This document shows positions 28,094 through 38,647 of a stretch of 52,128 nt of DNA, piece after piece. Positions within the stretch are counted from its first letter, which is position 1, and every line of letters begins with the position of its first letter. The notes beneath the pieces were generated by a model. The model did not search any database. It saw only the letters and a program-made list of their open reading frames with translations, and was not told the origin of the DNA. Position numbers and translations under genes: made by a program. Source of the DNA: a virus (lineage: Duplodnaviria; Caudoviricetes); IMG/VR virus record IMGVR_UViG_3300005613_000085, positions 1 through 52,128 of that record; one strand, written 5' to 3'.

Positions 28094-31000
28094 ATGGCTA
28101 ATATAGCACGTACAGTAGAGATTTTATTTAGTGCCAAAGATCAGATGTCTATGAAACTCACTGGTATCAACCAAGCGTTAGAACTGTTGGAGAAAACAGT
28201 AAATGCTCTTCTTGATCCCTTAGCACAATTAGGCGATGCTATTATAGAAGTAGATAAAGTAATCGCCGGTTACGCACGGACTTTAGGTTCTGATGTTTTA
28301 GATGCATCAATGGATCTTGAGTCTGTTTTAATAGATTTAAAACGTCTACTAGGTGAGCAGACTGAGCAGTTTGATGACTTGGTTGAAGCAAGTCGTGAGT
28401 TGTCTCGTGAATTTGGTGTGGCACTTGAAGATGTTATTCAATCTGTTATTGAATTTAAACGTGCTAATTTTGATGCTAAAGAATCATTAGATCTTACCCG
28501 AGAAGCATTAACTCTTGTACGTGTCGGTTTTGTTGACATGCATACAGCGACAGAGTCATTGGTCAAGATCCTTAAGGGCTTTGGCGCTGAAGCTGATAAG
28601 GCTAATGAGATTGTCGATATATTATCAATCACATCAAATACTTATGCAACTAACGTAGAGAAGCTTGCCATTGGTATGGGAGAACTTGCTCCTATTGCAT
28701 CTAAAGTTGGCTTCTCTATGGCAGAGACCGCAGGGCTGGCAACGAAGGTTATCGAGGTATTTCAGTCAGGTGAAGAAGCTGCAACAGCATTAAAGACAGG
28801 CTTTACACGACTAGCTACTGGTTCTGCTCAAGTCCAAAAAGCCTACGATAAATTAAAGATCTCTGGTAAAGACGCCAATGGTATGTTGAAGGACGGCAAG
28901 ACTATGCTTGGTGAAATTGCCGCTGCCATGGGTAAATTTACTGAAGCTGAACAAGTCCAAATCTCTGCTTGGTTAGTTGGTAATCGTCAAGCACAAAAAA
29001 TGGTTGACATCTTTACTGATTACGACAAGGTAATCAAGATAGGCATAAAAGCATTAAGTGATAGGCAATATGCAGAGAAGCAACTCGTCGAAGTAATGAA
29101 AGCAACTAAGTTTCAATTAGAGAAGATGGAGACTGGTTGGATAGAATTAAAAGCAGCGATGGGTGATGAGTTTCTCCCTGTACTAAGTCTAATACTACAA
29201 GGTTTGCATGAAATAGAAACAGCACTGACCGATACAGTCAATGAAGGCGTACTAAAAGATATAGCGGACAGGCTATTGAAATACGGCGACGAGATTAAGA
29301 AGTATCTACAAGGTATAGCTACTGCTATCCCCGAAGCGTTAAAGGGAGTAGATGTTGGGCCTTTATTAGATTCCTGGGATAATGTAGCGAGTACGTTAAG
29401 TAAAGTATTCGATACAGCTAAAATTGAGAATGCTGAGGATCTAGCAGAGAAGGTACAAGTCCTTGTTAATGCTATGACATTATTAGTTAATATTACTAAT
29501 GGCATGATAAAACCCTGGACAGATCTTACAAATAAACTATTAGAAACGATACCTATATTAGCTGAAGTTGAAGGCGAAGTAGCTACATCCTTCGGTAATA
29601 TACTAGGCCATGTCCAGATGATAAAGAAGATGGGATTCATCTGGTACGGCGTTTACAGGGCTATGGGTAATGATGTTGAGACCTTTCAAGATAGAGCTGT
29701 TCTTGTTGCAGATAAGATAGCTAAAAAACAAGCAGAAGAAAAGATACACCTTCTTAAAAAACAAGAAGCATGGGACTCAGTACTATCTTATATTGAGGGT
29801 AGATTATACAACCTTACACTTGGGTTAGATGATAGTAGTAAAAGAACATACGAGTGGACTTTAAGACATAGAGAATCATTAAAAAAACTAGAAGAAGCTG
29901 AAAAGAAATTCACTGAAACATTTGTAGGTAATAAGGGAGAGTACACAAAAGCTTTAGAGGAGCAACGTAAAGCTAACGAAGAGACAGAAAAAAGCTTCGG
30001 TACTCTTATTAAAGAGGGTGAAGAATATAGCCTTACAATAGAAGAACTAGCTTCTGAAATCAACGATTTACCACAATTAGCAGAGATTGATATTAAAACT
30101 AAGACCCCTATTCCAGAATTAAACGAAGAACTTATAGAGTACGGTATAACGATTAAAGAACTTCCAGATGGGAAAGTGATTGTTGTTACCACTGAATTGG
30201 AACCTGAAGCTGATTGGAATAAAGTAGATGCTATATGGAATGCCAGAAGAGCTGCTATGAATACATCTATAGATTTAACGTTTGAGATCGATACACATAC
30301 TTTGGATCGAGTAGTTACTTCTGCTAATAAAGCTATAAATGAAGGCATACCTACAGAGAAGAGCGTTAAGATACTTTTAGATGGCATAGATGTTTTTTAT
30401 GATGCATTAGATAAGATTCAATATGAATTAGAAGAAGTTGAACCTACTAAGGAAGTAGAAGCGAGGCTGACTGAAGTAAAGGCTTTTAGAGAGAAGTTGA
30501 ATAGTATGGTTAAGCTTTTAGATGAAGCTCCTTCTGCTCATAATGTGAAGTTTGTTTTAGATGGGATTACCAAGGCGTTAAAGGACATAGAAACACTTCA
30601 AGAGAAATTAGATGCTACGCCTAAAAATGTAAAAATAGATGTAGAAGTAGATGGTGTTGAAGAGGCTATAGCATCGTTTGACGGACTTCATGTAAAAATA
30701 GGTGAGACTCCAGAAGAGGTTGAAGTGAAAGTTAAAGTAGATGAGAAGTCTTTTGAAGCTGTGACAAAACGCATCGATGCCTTAGCCAAGCACGCTAACG
30801 AAAAGCTCAAATTAGAAGCAACGATCAATGTTGCAGAGATCGAAGCCGCCGCTAGTGCAATGGTTGCCTCGATAGAAGCGGAAGCTAATAAAGCCATCGC
30901 TGTAATAAACAGTCTAGCTAGTTCAATAGCAGCTGTCAGTAACAATGTCGGTGGCATGTTTAGCTCCCTCGTCGGGCTATACGATAGAATTATTGATCTC

Positions 31001-32068
31001 GGAGAAGAGCAAATACAGATAATGGAGGAGACTGCACAGTCGTTTGAAGATCTCAAAAGCGAAATAGAAGAAACAATTAGTGCGTTAGATGATTACCTCG
31101 AAAAGATGGAAGAGATAACAGATGCCATAGATGATCAAGAAGATAGTGTGGATGAGTTAGAACGAGAGTTAGCACAGTACGAAAAGGCTTTAAAGCGCAT
31201 TGAAGATGGTATTAGTACCGAACAGATAGAGAAAGATTTAGAGAGAATTCGTAACGAGATTAAAGAGGTCGAGAGAGAACTTGACTACCTCTACAGTCAA
31301 CCTTATTCCCCTGAAAATGAAGCTAAGATTAAGAAGTTAGAGAGAGAATTAGAGTATTTAAAAAGAGAAGAAGATATACTTAATAAGACCATGGAAGACA
31401 GCGCAGCGGCCAGAGAAGAGTTCGAGCGCAAGATCCTGGACTTAAAAAAAGAGATTTGGGAAGCACAAAAAGAAATCAATGATCTAGCTGGTGACTTACC
31501 CGATGTCATAGGCGATGCATCTAAAGAGTGGGATGAATGGATGGGTAAGATTGGTGATGCTAAAGAGCGCCTTCGAGAACTTTACGACATGGGGTTGATC
31601 AGTAAAGCAGAATTTGATCTGGCAATGAAATATCTCAATGAGTTAGAACAGAAAGTTACAGGGTTTTTAGATGAACTTGAAGCTATGGGCATCGAAGATG
31701 TAGAGGAGATACAAAGAGAAACAGGGGAGAAGCAGCTTAGGGCGATAGAAGCACTTAAAGCTGAAATAAGAGCACAGACAGCAACATTAGAAGCATATCT
31801 TGATGAACAAATGGCCCTGCAATCTCAGTTAATTCATAAACAAATGGAACTGGTTGATGCTCAAATAGAACAAATAGAAGCCCGGACAGCTATGATGAAG
31901 AAGGGCGACAGTATGATAAAGATTCAAGGCGACGGGCTGGAACCGGAACTCGAAGCTTTTATGTGGAAAATACTTGAAAACTTACAAGTCAGGGCCAATC
32001 AAGAATTCAGCGAATTCCTCATTGGTCTCCGCGGTCTTAACCTAACATCGACGACAGGATCATTATAA
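28094..32068 (+). CDS. Tail tape measure protein (TP901-type core)
   Basis: 1324-aa helical protein; SNTYATNVEKLA.GM..LAP.A..VG.S..ET, SGEEAATALKT. Confidence 0.92.
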   Translation: MANIARTVEILFSAKDQMSMKLTGINQALELLEKTVNALLDPLAQLGDAIIEVDKVIAGYARTLGSDVLDASMDLESVLIDLKRLLGEQTEQFDDLVEASRELSREFGVALEDVIQSVIEFKRANFDAKESLDLTREALTLVRVGFVDMHTATESLVKILKGFGAEADKANEIVDILSITSNTYATNVEKLAIGMGELAPIASKVGFSMAETAGLATKVIEVFQSGEEAATALKTGFTRLATGSAQVQKAYDKLKISGKDANGMLKDGKTMLGEIAAAMGKFTEAEQVQISAWLVGNRQAQKMVDIFTDYDKVIKIGIKALSDRQYAEKQLVEVMKATKFQLEKMETGWIELKAAMGDEFLPVLSLILQGLHEIETALTDTVNEGVLKDIADRLLKYGDEIKKYLQGIATAIPEALKGVDVGPLLDSWDNVASTLSKVFDTAKIENAEDLAEKVQVLVNAMTLLVNITNGMIKPWTDLTNKLLETIPILAEVEGEVATSFGNILGHVQMIKKMGFIWYGVYRAMGNDVETFQDRAVLVADKIAKKQAEEKIHLLKKQEAWDSVLSYIEGRLYNLTLGLDDSSKRTYEWTLRHRESLKKLEEAEKKFTETFVGNKGEYTKALEEQRKANEETEKSFGTLIKEGEEYSLTIEELASEINDLPQLAEIDIKTKTPIPELNEELIEYGITIKELPDGKVIVVTTELEPEADWNKVDAIWNARRAAMNTSIDLTFEIDTHTLDRVVTSANKAINEGIPTEKSVKILLDGIDVFYDALDKIQYELEEVEPTKEVEARLTEVKAFREKLNSMVKLLDEAPSAHNVKFVLDGITKALKDIETLQEKLDATPKNVKIDVEVDGVEEAIASFDGLHVKIGETPEEVEVKVKVDEKSFEAVTKRIDALAKHANEKLKLEATINVAEIEAAASAMVASIEAEANKAIAVINSLASSIAAVSNNVGGMFSSLVGLYDRIIDLGEEQIQIMEETAQSFEDLKSEIEETISALDDYLEKMEEITDAIDDQEDSVDELERELAQYEKALKRIEDGISTEQIEKDLERIRNEIKEVERELDYLYSQPYSPENEAKIKKLERELEYLKREEDILNKTMEDSAAAREEFERKILDLKKEIWEAQKEINDLAGDLPDVIGDASKEWDEWMGKIGDAKERLRELYDMGLISKAEFDLAMKYLNELEQKVTGFLDELEAMGIEDVEEIQRETGEKQLRAIEALKAEIRAQTATLEAYLDEQMALQSQLIHKQMELVDAQIEQIEARTAMMKKGDSMIKIQGDGLEPELEAFMWKILENLQVRANQEFSEFLIGLRGLNLTSTTGSL

Positions 32069-35000
32069 TGCAAATGAAATTAATAATAACAACATTGAAT
32101 ATGGATCTCAACAGTCCACTGATGTTGAACGTCGATGTCAGTGACTCTGAGTTAGAGGTATTGACAAGGAGAGTTAATAGAAGTGCGACACTTGATACTG
32201 GGAGTGTGATTGATGATCATGGGTTCTCTCAGGGTGATAGGGATTTGGTGTTTAGGATCAGTGATGCCAGTGAGAGTGATATTACGAAGTTGAAATACTT
32301 TTTGCAGAGGTATTCGGAGTTAAGGATAGCATTTAACGAGGGGATCTTCCTTGTTAATTTCAATAAGATGGATAATGACTTTGGTGATGTGGTATTGACT
32401 TTTTTTGTGAGTGAAGTAATTGTACTGTGCCAAAGATATCCAGTTGTTTATACAACAACGACAAGCGCAACGACTATATCAACGACAACTACAACGACAA
32501 CAGTAGATTTTGACTGTGAGTACGATGATTTAACATTCGATGATGCTAATAAATGGAATCTAAGTAATGGAGCTGTACTTGCCGGTAATAAACTAACATT
32601 CAGCCCTAGAGGTAACGCTGTTTATGTATATACACCTTCAGACGAAGCTAATTACTGTATTGAAGTTCGTGTATCTGATTTTATATGTGATGATCCTTAC
32701 TCAGGTACGGGTCCAACTTTTGCTTTTCAAGTAGATGGTAAGTTCCGAAGATGGACAACTGAAGAAACATATGTTAGATGGACTGGTAATGAGAGTAAAA
32801 CATGGTGGAGAAAGCCTGGTGGCGGTGGTTGGTTCCCTGTAACTCATCATAGAACTATAAAACGAAAGTATACACGCACAATTTACCACTACTCTGGTTA
32901 TAAGGGTTATGCTCGAATACGGTGTTATCCTATATTTGATTGGAGTGCAAAGGAACATCGATACGCAGTGGATATGGAATGGTATCAAATTGGTTTAGTA
33001 CCCTATAGTGAGCGAACGAGCTATACCGCTCCTAAAATAGTAACCACAGTACCTTCGCTATTTAGAATTCAAAGGTCTGGTAATTTAATAGGTGGGTACT
33101 TCTATAGTGATAACAGTTGGACATTAATAGGATCGCGGGATTTTGAAACTAGACACCTTAAAGAAATACGGTTAATAGGAGATACAACTTTTCGAGGCGG
33201 CGGTTCTGTAAGTGTTGATCGTCTTAGATTTGTTACATGTCTTGGTACGGGCAGGTTAGCCTGGTGTAATGCCGGTGACGATATCATGTCTTCTATGGAT
33301 CATTGGAAAGTTATTAGTCAGTCCGGGGGTGGCACAGCTACAGCCGGAGAAACTGACGGTCTTTTATTAACTCTTCCTAGCGGTATCCAACCTCCGGGAT
33401 CTCCATCAGAAGTCACTATACTACATCAGTACGTGACAGATGCTGTTCTAGGTACAGAGAATGCAACAGAGTTTATTGTAGATATAGCCGCAATTACATC
33501 TGATAGTGCCGATTTTAACAATAGTGACACTTACACCTACCGTAGTTGTATGTTAAGGATTAAATGGTCAGACCCTCTTATACCCACGAATTATACAATT
33601 GTAGATATAGATAGATCAGGTACTAACGAAGACCCGTCATATTGGAGATGTAGGGTACGTACATACCATTTAGGGGTGCTTGAACTTGATAGTTACGCGG
33701 AGTATGGCTGCCCCTTAGAGGGTGCCGATGCTGGTATGGGGGAGATTAGAATTAGACGAGAAACATACGATATATATGACTGCGTTTCCGTATGGTGGAC
33801 TCCTACGATCTCTGAGGATGAAGATAGTGCACCTAATGATGCTGGTGTTTTAAGTGAAGAGAATAGCACTTGGTTAAATGTAGCTAACCCTGTAGATACA
33901 CCAGATGCGTATACGACATTAGTTCACGGTGTAGGTGAGTATAAAGATTTTGAATTACAAGGTATTGCCGGTCAAGATAGTGGAACTATAGTATTAGATG
34001 GGCTGACAACTGATGCTGGTTGTCCAGGATGTGATACACCAGCGTTAACACAATGGACAACAACAACGACATCATCAACGACATCGAGCTGTAGTACCAC
34101 AGAGTCAACAGCATCGACATCCTCATCCTGCTCAACGATATCAACTTCATCTTCAACCTGCTCGACAATGTCAACTTCATCTTCAACCTGCTCGACAATA
34201 TCGATTTCATCATCTTCATCATCTTCATCATCTTCTTGCTCAACTCAATCATCACTCTCATCAACATCAACCTACCCAACATGCCCTTACGATGACGGTT
34301 TTACAACATTCGACCTTTGGCAAGTAACAGACAAAGAAGATGGCAGTGAGACAGCGACGATCATTGGGAACAAACTACGATTAACACTAGCACATGACCC
34401 GGAAACACATCCTAGTTCAGCTATAACAATAGCATACAAATACCTACTTCCTACTGGTGATTTTAAAATAACATTGAAGTTCTCTGATTTTGTCACCGCT
34501 GGTTATTATAAACCTACATTTTACTTCAGAGCGCAGTCGGAAGATGAAGACGATAATATGATCGAAGGGGAAGTAACCGGTAAAGACAGGACTTTTGATG
34601 TTAGCTGTCGTTACTGTGGATCATCTACTTCTGATGGATGGACATTAGGTGCTGACGACGATCAAATATGTCTTGCTCGTGTCGGTAATGTCTTATCTGT
34701 ACATACTGGTAAAGATGGCATATGGACTGATTCATGGTCTAAAGATGTCATAGAGTGCGCACAGCACATAGATAGATTATACATTAAGCTGTTTGATTAT
34801 TATTCAGATGGTGGATCAGTTGATATAGATGAATTAGAATTCTGGTATGGCTGCCCTACGGGGTCCGCGACGGTATGGACATCTACAACAACATCGACAA
34901 CGTGTTCGACTGCAAGTACGTCAACGTTGTCATCTACTTGTTCAACGCTGTCAACGTTGTCAACAACCAGCTCGACGATATCAAGTACGTCATCATCTTG

Positions 35001-36792
35001 TTCGACATGTTCTACTTGTTCGACTTGTTCAACACTATCAACAGCATCTACACTATCAACGGCATCTACGTTATCAACGACCAGTTCAACAACGTCATCA
35101 TCTTCATCTACGTGTTCGACGTGTTCGAGCTGTTCAACTTGTTCGACTTGCTCAACTTGTAGTACGCTATCAACGCTATCTACAATTAGTACAACATCTT
35201 CATCATCCTCTTCGACTTGCAGTACGCTATCGACGCTGTCAACGACAAGTTCATCGTCATCATCAAGTACCTGCTCAACGTGTTCGACTTGTTCAACGAT
35301 GTCTACAGAATCGACTACATCATGCTCGACGTGTTCGACTTGTAGTACATTATCGACACTGTCAACGACTTCTTCTTCATCTTCGACTTGTTCGACTTGT
35401 TCAACACTGTCTACGGAATCAACAACCTCTTCTTCTTCTTCAACCTGTTCTACATTGTCAACGCATAGTATAACAACGACATCGAGTTCAACACAATCAA
35501 CGATGTCAACATCAACATCATCTTGCTCGACTTGTTCAACGGCATCGACTGTATCAACGCAGTCTACAACATCATCTTCTTGCTCTTCAACATGTTCGAC
35601 ATTGTCAACGTTATCGTCATGTTCGACTTGCTCGACATGTTCTACTTGTTCGACTTGCTCAACCTGTTCAACGTGTTCAACACTGTCTACATCATCATCA
35701 TCTTGCTCTACTTGCTCGACATTATCTACACTTAGTACGACATCAAGTTCTACATGTTCTACATGTTCAACATGTTCAACACTGTCAACGATATCAACTA
35801 CGTCGAGTTCGACTTGTTCAACATCATCAACTACATCATCCTCGACGTGTTCGACTTGTTCAACATCATCAACTACATCGTGCTCTACATGTTCGAGCTG
35901 TTCAACGTGTTCAACACTATCAACTAATTCGACAACGTCATCTTCGTCTTCGTCTACTTGTTCGACTCTCTCAACGCAGTCAACATCCTCATCCTCTTCC
36001 TCGACATGCTCGACTCTCAGTACGCATTCAACGTCCTCTTCTTCCACGTCAACTTGCTCTTCACTCTCAACAACATCTACTTACCCTACTTGTGAATACG
36101 ATGAAGACTTCGACTCTGGTGTTGGTGACTGGAAAGTAGTTTATACCTATATAGGTACAGAGACTATGACAGCCGTAGGTAATAAACTAAGATTGACTGT
36201 AGTAGATTCTAATGGGAGTGGAATACAAACTAACTATCTATATAAAGTACCTGCTGGTGATTTTGATGTACAGGTAACAATATCTAACTTCGTGTTTAAC
36301 GGCGATGATAGACTTCGGGCTGCTTTAGGGGTCGTAGCTACTAATCAGCATTTTGATAACTCAACGGGTTTTGTGATTAAATCGTACCCAACAGATCCTA
36401 CAGATAATGTAGATGTTTTATGTAGTCGTTATTTAGACGGTGGTACCAGTTCAGGTAATTGGGATAGTGATATAGGGGCCTTCACTACACTGTCACTTAG
36501 AATTACGCGAGTAGGTACAACTATGAAGGGTTATTACCAAAAAGACTCGGGTTCTTGGGTCTTAAGTTGGTCAACTGAACATGAAGATATGACATTAGCT
36601 GATAGGGTTATCTTAGCATTACGGGAATACAACGGTGGCAATGACGGTGGTTCGGTTGATTTCGATAATCTGAAGTTTAATAAAGCAGAGTGTCCGACTG
36701 GAGATACCTGGTCAACTACAACGACATCAACAACATCAAGCTCCACTTGTTCAACCTATTCAATAACTACAACAACAGAGGCACCACCATAA
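32068..36792 (+). CDS. Distal-tail-like N-terminal domain fused to four ConA-like domains and Ser/Thr/Cys tracts
   Basis: Follows the tape measure gene; N-terminal ~120 aa with RRVNRSATLD.G.VI.D.G...GDR; repeated CxxDDxF...W...RxG...GGSVDxD...C modules. Confidence 0.7.
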   Translation: MQMKLIITTLNMDLNSPLMLNVDVSDSELEVLTRRVNRSATLDTGSVIDDHGFSQGDRDLVFRISDASESDITKLKYFLQRYSELRIAFNEGIFLVNFNKMDNDFGDVVLTFFVSEVIVLCQRYPVVYTTTTSATTISTTTTTTTVDFDCEYDDLTFDDANKWNLSNGAVLAGNKLTFSPRGNAVYVYTPSDEANYCIEVRVSDFICDDPYSGTGPTFAFQVDGKFRRWTTEETYVRWTGNESKTWWRKPGGGGWFPVTHHRTIKRKYTRTIYHYSGYKGYARIRCYPIFDWSAKEHRYAVDMEWYQIGLVPYSERTSYTAPKIVTTVPSLFRIQRSGNLIGGYFYSDNSWTLIGSRDFETRHLKEIRLIGDTTFRGGGSVSVDRLRFVTCLGTGRLAWCNAGDDIMSSMDHWKVISQSGGGTATAGETDGLLLTLPSGIQPPGSPSEVTILHQYVTDAVLGTENATEFIVDIAAITSDSADFNNSDTYTYRSCMLRIKWSDPLIPTNYTIVDIDRSGTNEDPSYWRCRVRTYHLGVLELDSYAEYGCPLEGADAGMGEIRIRRETYDIYDCVSVWWTPTISEDEDSAPNDAGVLSEENSTWLNVANPVDTPDAYTTLVHGVGEYKDFELQGIAGQDSGTIVLDGLTTDAGCPGCDTPALTQWTTTTTSSTTSSCSTTESTASTSSSCSTISTSSSTCSTMSTSSSTCSTISISSSSSSSSSSCSTQSSLSSTSTYPTCPYDDGFTTFDLWQVTDKEDGSETATIIGNKLRLTLAHDPETHPSSAITIAYKYLLPTGDFKITLKFSDFVTAGYYKPTFYFRAQSEDEDDNMIEGEVTGKDRTFDVSCRYCGSSTSDGWTLGADDDQICLARVGNVLSVHTGKDGIWTDSWSKDVIECAQHIDRLYIKLFDYYSDGGSVDIDELEFWYGCPTGSATVWTSTTTSTTCSTASTSTLSSTCSTLSTLSTTSSTISSTSSSCSTCSTCSTCSTLSTASTLSTASTLSTTSSTTSSSSSTCSTCSSCSTCSTCSTCSTLSTLSTISTTSSSSSSTCSTLSTLSTTSSSSSSSTCSTCSTCSTMSTESTTSCSTCSTCSTLSTLSTTSSSSSTCSTCSTLSTESTTSSSSSTCSTLSTHSITTTSSSTQSTMSTSTSSCSTCSTASTVSTQSTTSSSCSSTCSTLSTLSSCSTCSTCSTCSTCSTCSTCSTLSTSSSSCSTCSTLSTLSTTSSSTCSTCSTCSTLSTISTTSSSTCSTSSTTSSSTCSTCSTSSTTSCSTCSSCSTCSTLSTNSTTSSSSSSTCSTLSTQSTSSSSSSTCSTLSTHSTSSSSTSTCSSLSTTSTYPTCEYDEDFDSGVGDWKVVYTYIGTETMTAVGNKLRLTVVDSNGSGIQTNYLYKVPAGDFDVQVTISNFVFNGDDRLRAALGVVATNQHFDNSTGFVIKSYPTDPTDNVDVLCSRYLDGGTSSGNWDSDIGAFTTLSLRITRVGTTMKGYYQKDSGSWVLSWSTEHEDMTLADRVILALREYNGGNDGGSVDFDNLKFNKAECPTGDTWSTTTTSTTSSSTCSTYSITTTTEAPP
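34880..36081 (+). repeat. Ser/Thr/Cys tract 3 (about 400 aa)
   Basis: CSTCSTCSTLST repeats; shorter tracts at 34057-34272 and 36711-36780. Confidence 0.95.
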
Positions 36793-37409
36793 TGCCAATA
36801 CTCAAAGTAAAATTCACAGCTCAAATCCTCTCTACTTCCCAAGGCACTCTCACTCTCCCCATCTCTTCCTTCTCCGCTCGCATCTCCCTCACCGCTGAAG
36901 GCCGATCAACACGAGTCTATCAGCCCGGCGTATCTTCCGCTGTATGGTCTCAATACATGCGACCGGTCGTCTCCACTTCTCTTTCTCTCGTTGTCCCAGG
37001 CTACAATCACCTCTCAGATATATCACTGCGGATCTCTGACGGGTATATTAAAATAACTAAATGGATTAACAACAAACCAACAATACTAGGCAACGTGCCT
37101 ATAAAAACCCCACGCACAGACACAGGGTCCAAATCCAATTCAATCACACTCTCCGGCGAACTTGTCTCCTATCCGTTCACAATCACATCACTACCTACAA
37201 ACGAAGTCGAAATCACAAACTACAATTACATAAGACAATCAGTATCCACAGGCGTTCGCTGTGGATTAAATAACAACATCAACATCGGTGAATTCATGCT
37301 CATCGATACCGTACCTTACCGAGTGACTCAGATATCTATTTGGGACTCTGAAGCATACGGAACCATGGAGTTAACATCACAGCCAATATCCTTTGGCTAT
37401 GTAAATTAA
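36792..37409 (+). CDS. Putative tail hub/tip protein
   Basis: TAATG overlap gives start 36792; beta-rich 205-aa protein, second gene after the tape measure. Confidence 0.55.
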   Translation: MPILKVKFTAQILSTSQGTLTLPISSFSARISLTAEGRSTRVYQPGVSSAVWSQYMRPVVSTSLSLVVPGYNHLSDISLRISDGYIKITKWINNKPTILGNVPIKTPRTDTGSKSNSITLSGELVSYPFTITSLPTNEVEITNYNYIRQSVSTGVRCGLNNNINIGEFMLIDTVPYRVTQISIWDSEAYGTMELTSQPISFGYVN

Positions 37410-37421
37410 GGAGGGGATACA

Positions 37422-38507
37422 ATGCCAAAATTTAATGACTACCCAGATGGTAATCCCCATTGGATTGATTATGTTTTATTCTATGATCAGACTGACGGGA
37501 AGGTTAAAAAGTGTCATATAGAACAGATACTTGAGTTAGCCGGGCTGACCAGTACATCAACAACGACGACATCGAGTTCGAGTTCGAGTTCATGTTCATC
37601 ATGTTCGAGCTGCTCAACCTGTTCGACGTGTTCTACGTGTTCTACGTGTTCTACGTGTTCGTCTTCTTCATCTTCTTCTTGCTCTTCGTGCTCAAGTTGC
37701 TCTACTTGTTCCTCCTGTTCGACGTGTTCTAGCTGTTCATCATGCTCAACTTGTTCTTCGTGCTCAACTTGTTCGACCTGTTCGACTTGTAGTACGATGT
37801 CCACCCATTCTACAACGTGCTCTACTTGCTCGACTTGCAGTACGATGTCTACGGCATCGACTTCTTGTTCTACTTGCTCAACTTGCAGCACGGCGTCTAC
37901 AGCATCAACCTCTTGCTCAACTTGCAGCACGGCGTCTACAGCGTCAACCTCTTGCTCAACTTGCAGTACAATATCTACGGCATCAACTTCTTGTTCTACT
38001 TGCTCGACGTGCTCGACGTGCTCAACAATATCCACAGAGTCAACTACCTGCTCGACTTGCTCGACATATTCGACTCTTAGTACAACATCAACAACGTCAT
38101 CCTCATCTTCATCTACCTGCTCTACCTGCTCAACTCTATCAACGGCATCAACTACCTGCTCTACCTGCTCAACTCTATCAACGGCATCAACTACCTCATC
38201 CACATGCTCAACTTGTTCAACATGTTCAACTTGCTCTACTTCATCGACTTGCTCAACCATATCAACAGCCTCTACATCTTCTTCTACATGTTCAACATTA
38301 TCAACACAATCAACTTCATCTTCTTCATGCTCCACATCCTCAACATGCTCTACTCTTAGCACACAGTCAACCACTTCATCTTCTACCTCATCATCCTGTT
38401 CTACTTCTTCAACTATATCAACTCTATCAACTACCTCTTCCTGCTCATCTACATGCTCTACAATGTCAACGGAATCGATAACAACTACATCAGAGGATCA
38501 CGGTTAA
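37422..38507 (+). CDS. Cys/Ser/Thr repeat protein with a 40-aa N-terminal anchor-like domain
   Basis: RBS AGGAGG; about 315 aa of (C-S-T/S)n with roughly 50 Cys. Confidence 0.8.
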   Translation: MPKFNDYPDGNPHWIDYVLFYDQTDGKVKKCHIEQILELAGLTSTSTTTTSSSSSSSCSSCSSCSTCSTCSTCSTCSTCSSSSSSSCSSCSSCSTCSSCSTCSSCSSCSTCSSCSTCSTCSTCSTMSTHSTTCSTCSTCSTMSTASTSCSTCSTCSTASTASTSCSTCSTASTASTSCSTCSTISTASTSCSTCSTCSTCSTISTESTTCSTCSTYSTLSTTSTTSSSSSSTCSTCSTLSTASTTCSTCSTLSTASTTSSTCSTCSTCSTCSTSSTCSTISTASTSSSTCSTLSTQSTSSSSCSTSSTCSTLSTQSTTSSSTSSSCSTSSTISTLSTTSSCSSTCSTMSTESITTTSEDHG

Positions 38508-38527
38508 CCAATGCTTAGATCCGTATC

Positions 38528-38570
38528 AATAGCGATTAGACAGCTAATCTACTCTGATCGCTATTTTTAT
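38528..38570 (+). terminator. Rho-independent terminator ending the structural operon
   Basis: AATAGCGATTAGA-12 nt-TCTGATCGCTATT stem running into a T-rich tract. Confidence 0.65.
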
Positions 38571-38572
38571 TC

Positions 38573-38602
38573 TTGACAACCTTAAATCGTATTTGATATA
38601 CT
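38573..38602 (+). promoter_or_regulatory. Sigma70-type promoter
   Basis: TTGACA-18 nt-TATACT with extended -10 TG. Confidence 0.7.
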
Positions 38603-38647
38603 CTTTCGTGTTTAGCGTATTCCATATCAAATGCCAGGAGATCGTTT

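Noticed and set aside
21371-38374. Long minus-strand Val/Asp/Glu-rich ORFs and alternate plus-frame ORFs over the S/T/C tracts
   Set aside because: Shadows of low-complexity Ser/Thr codons; they lie antisense or out of frame within coupled structural genes and I saw no convincing RBS
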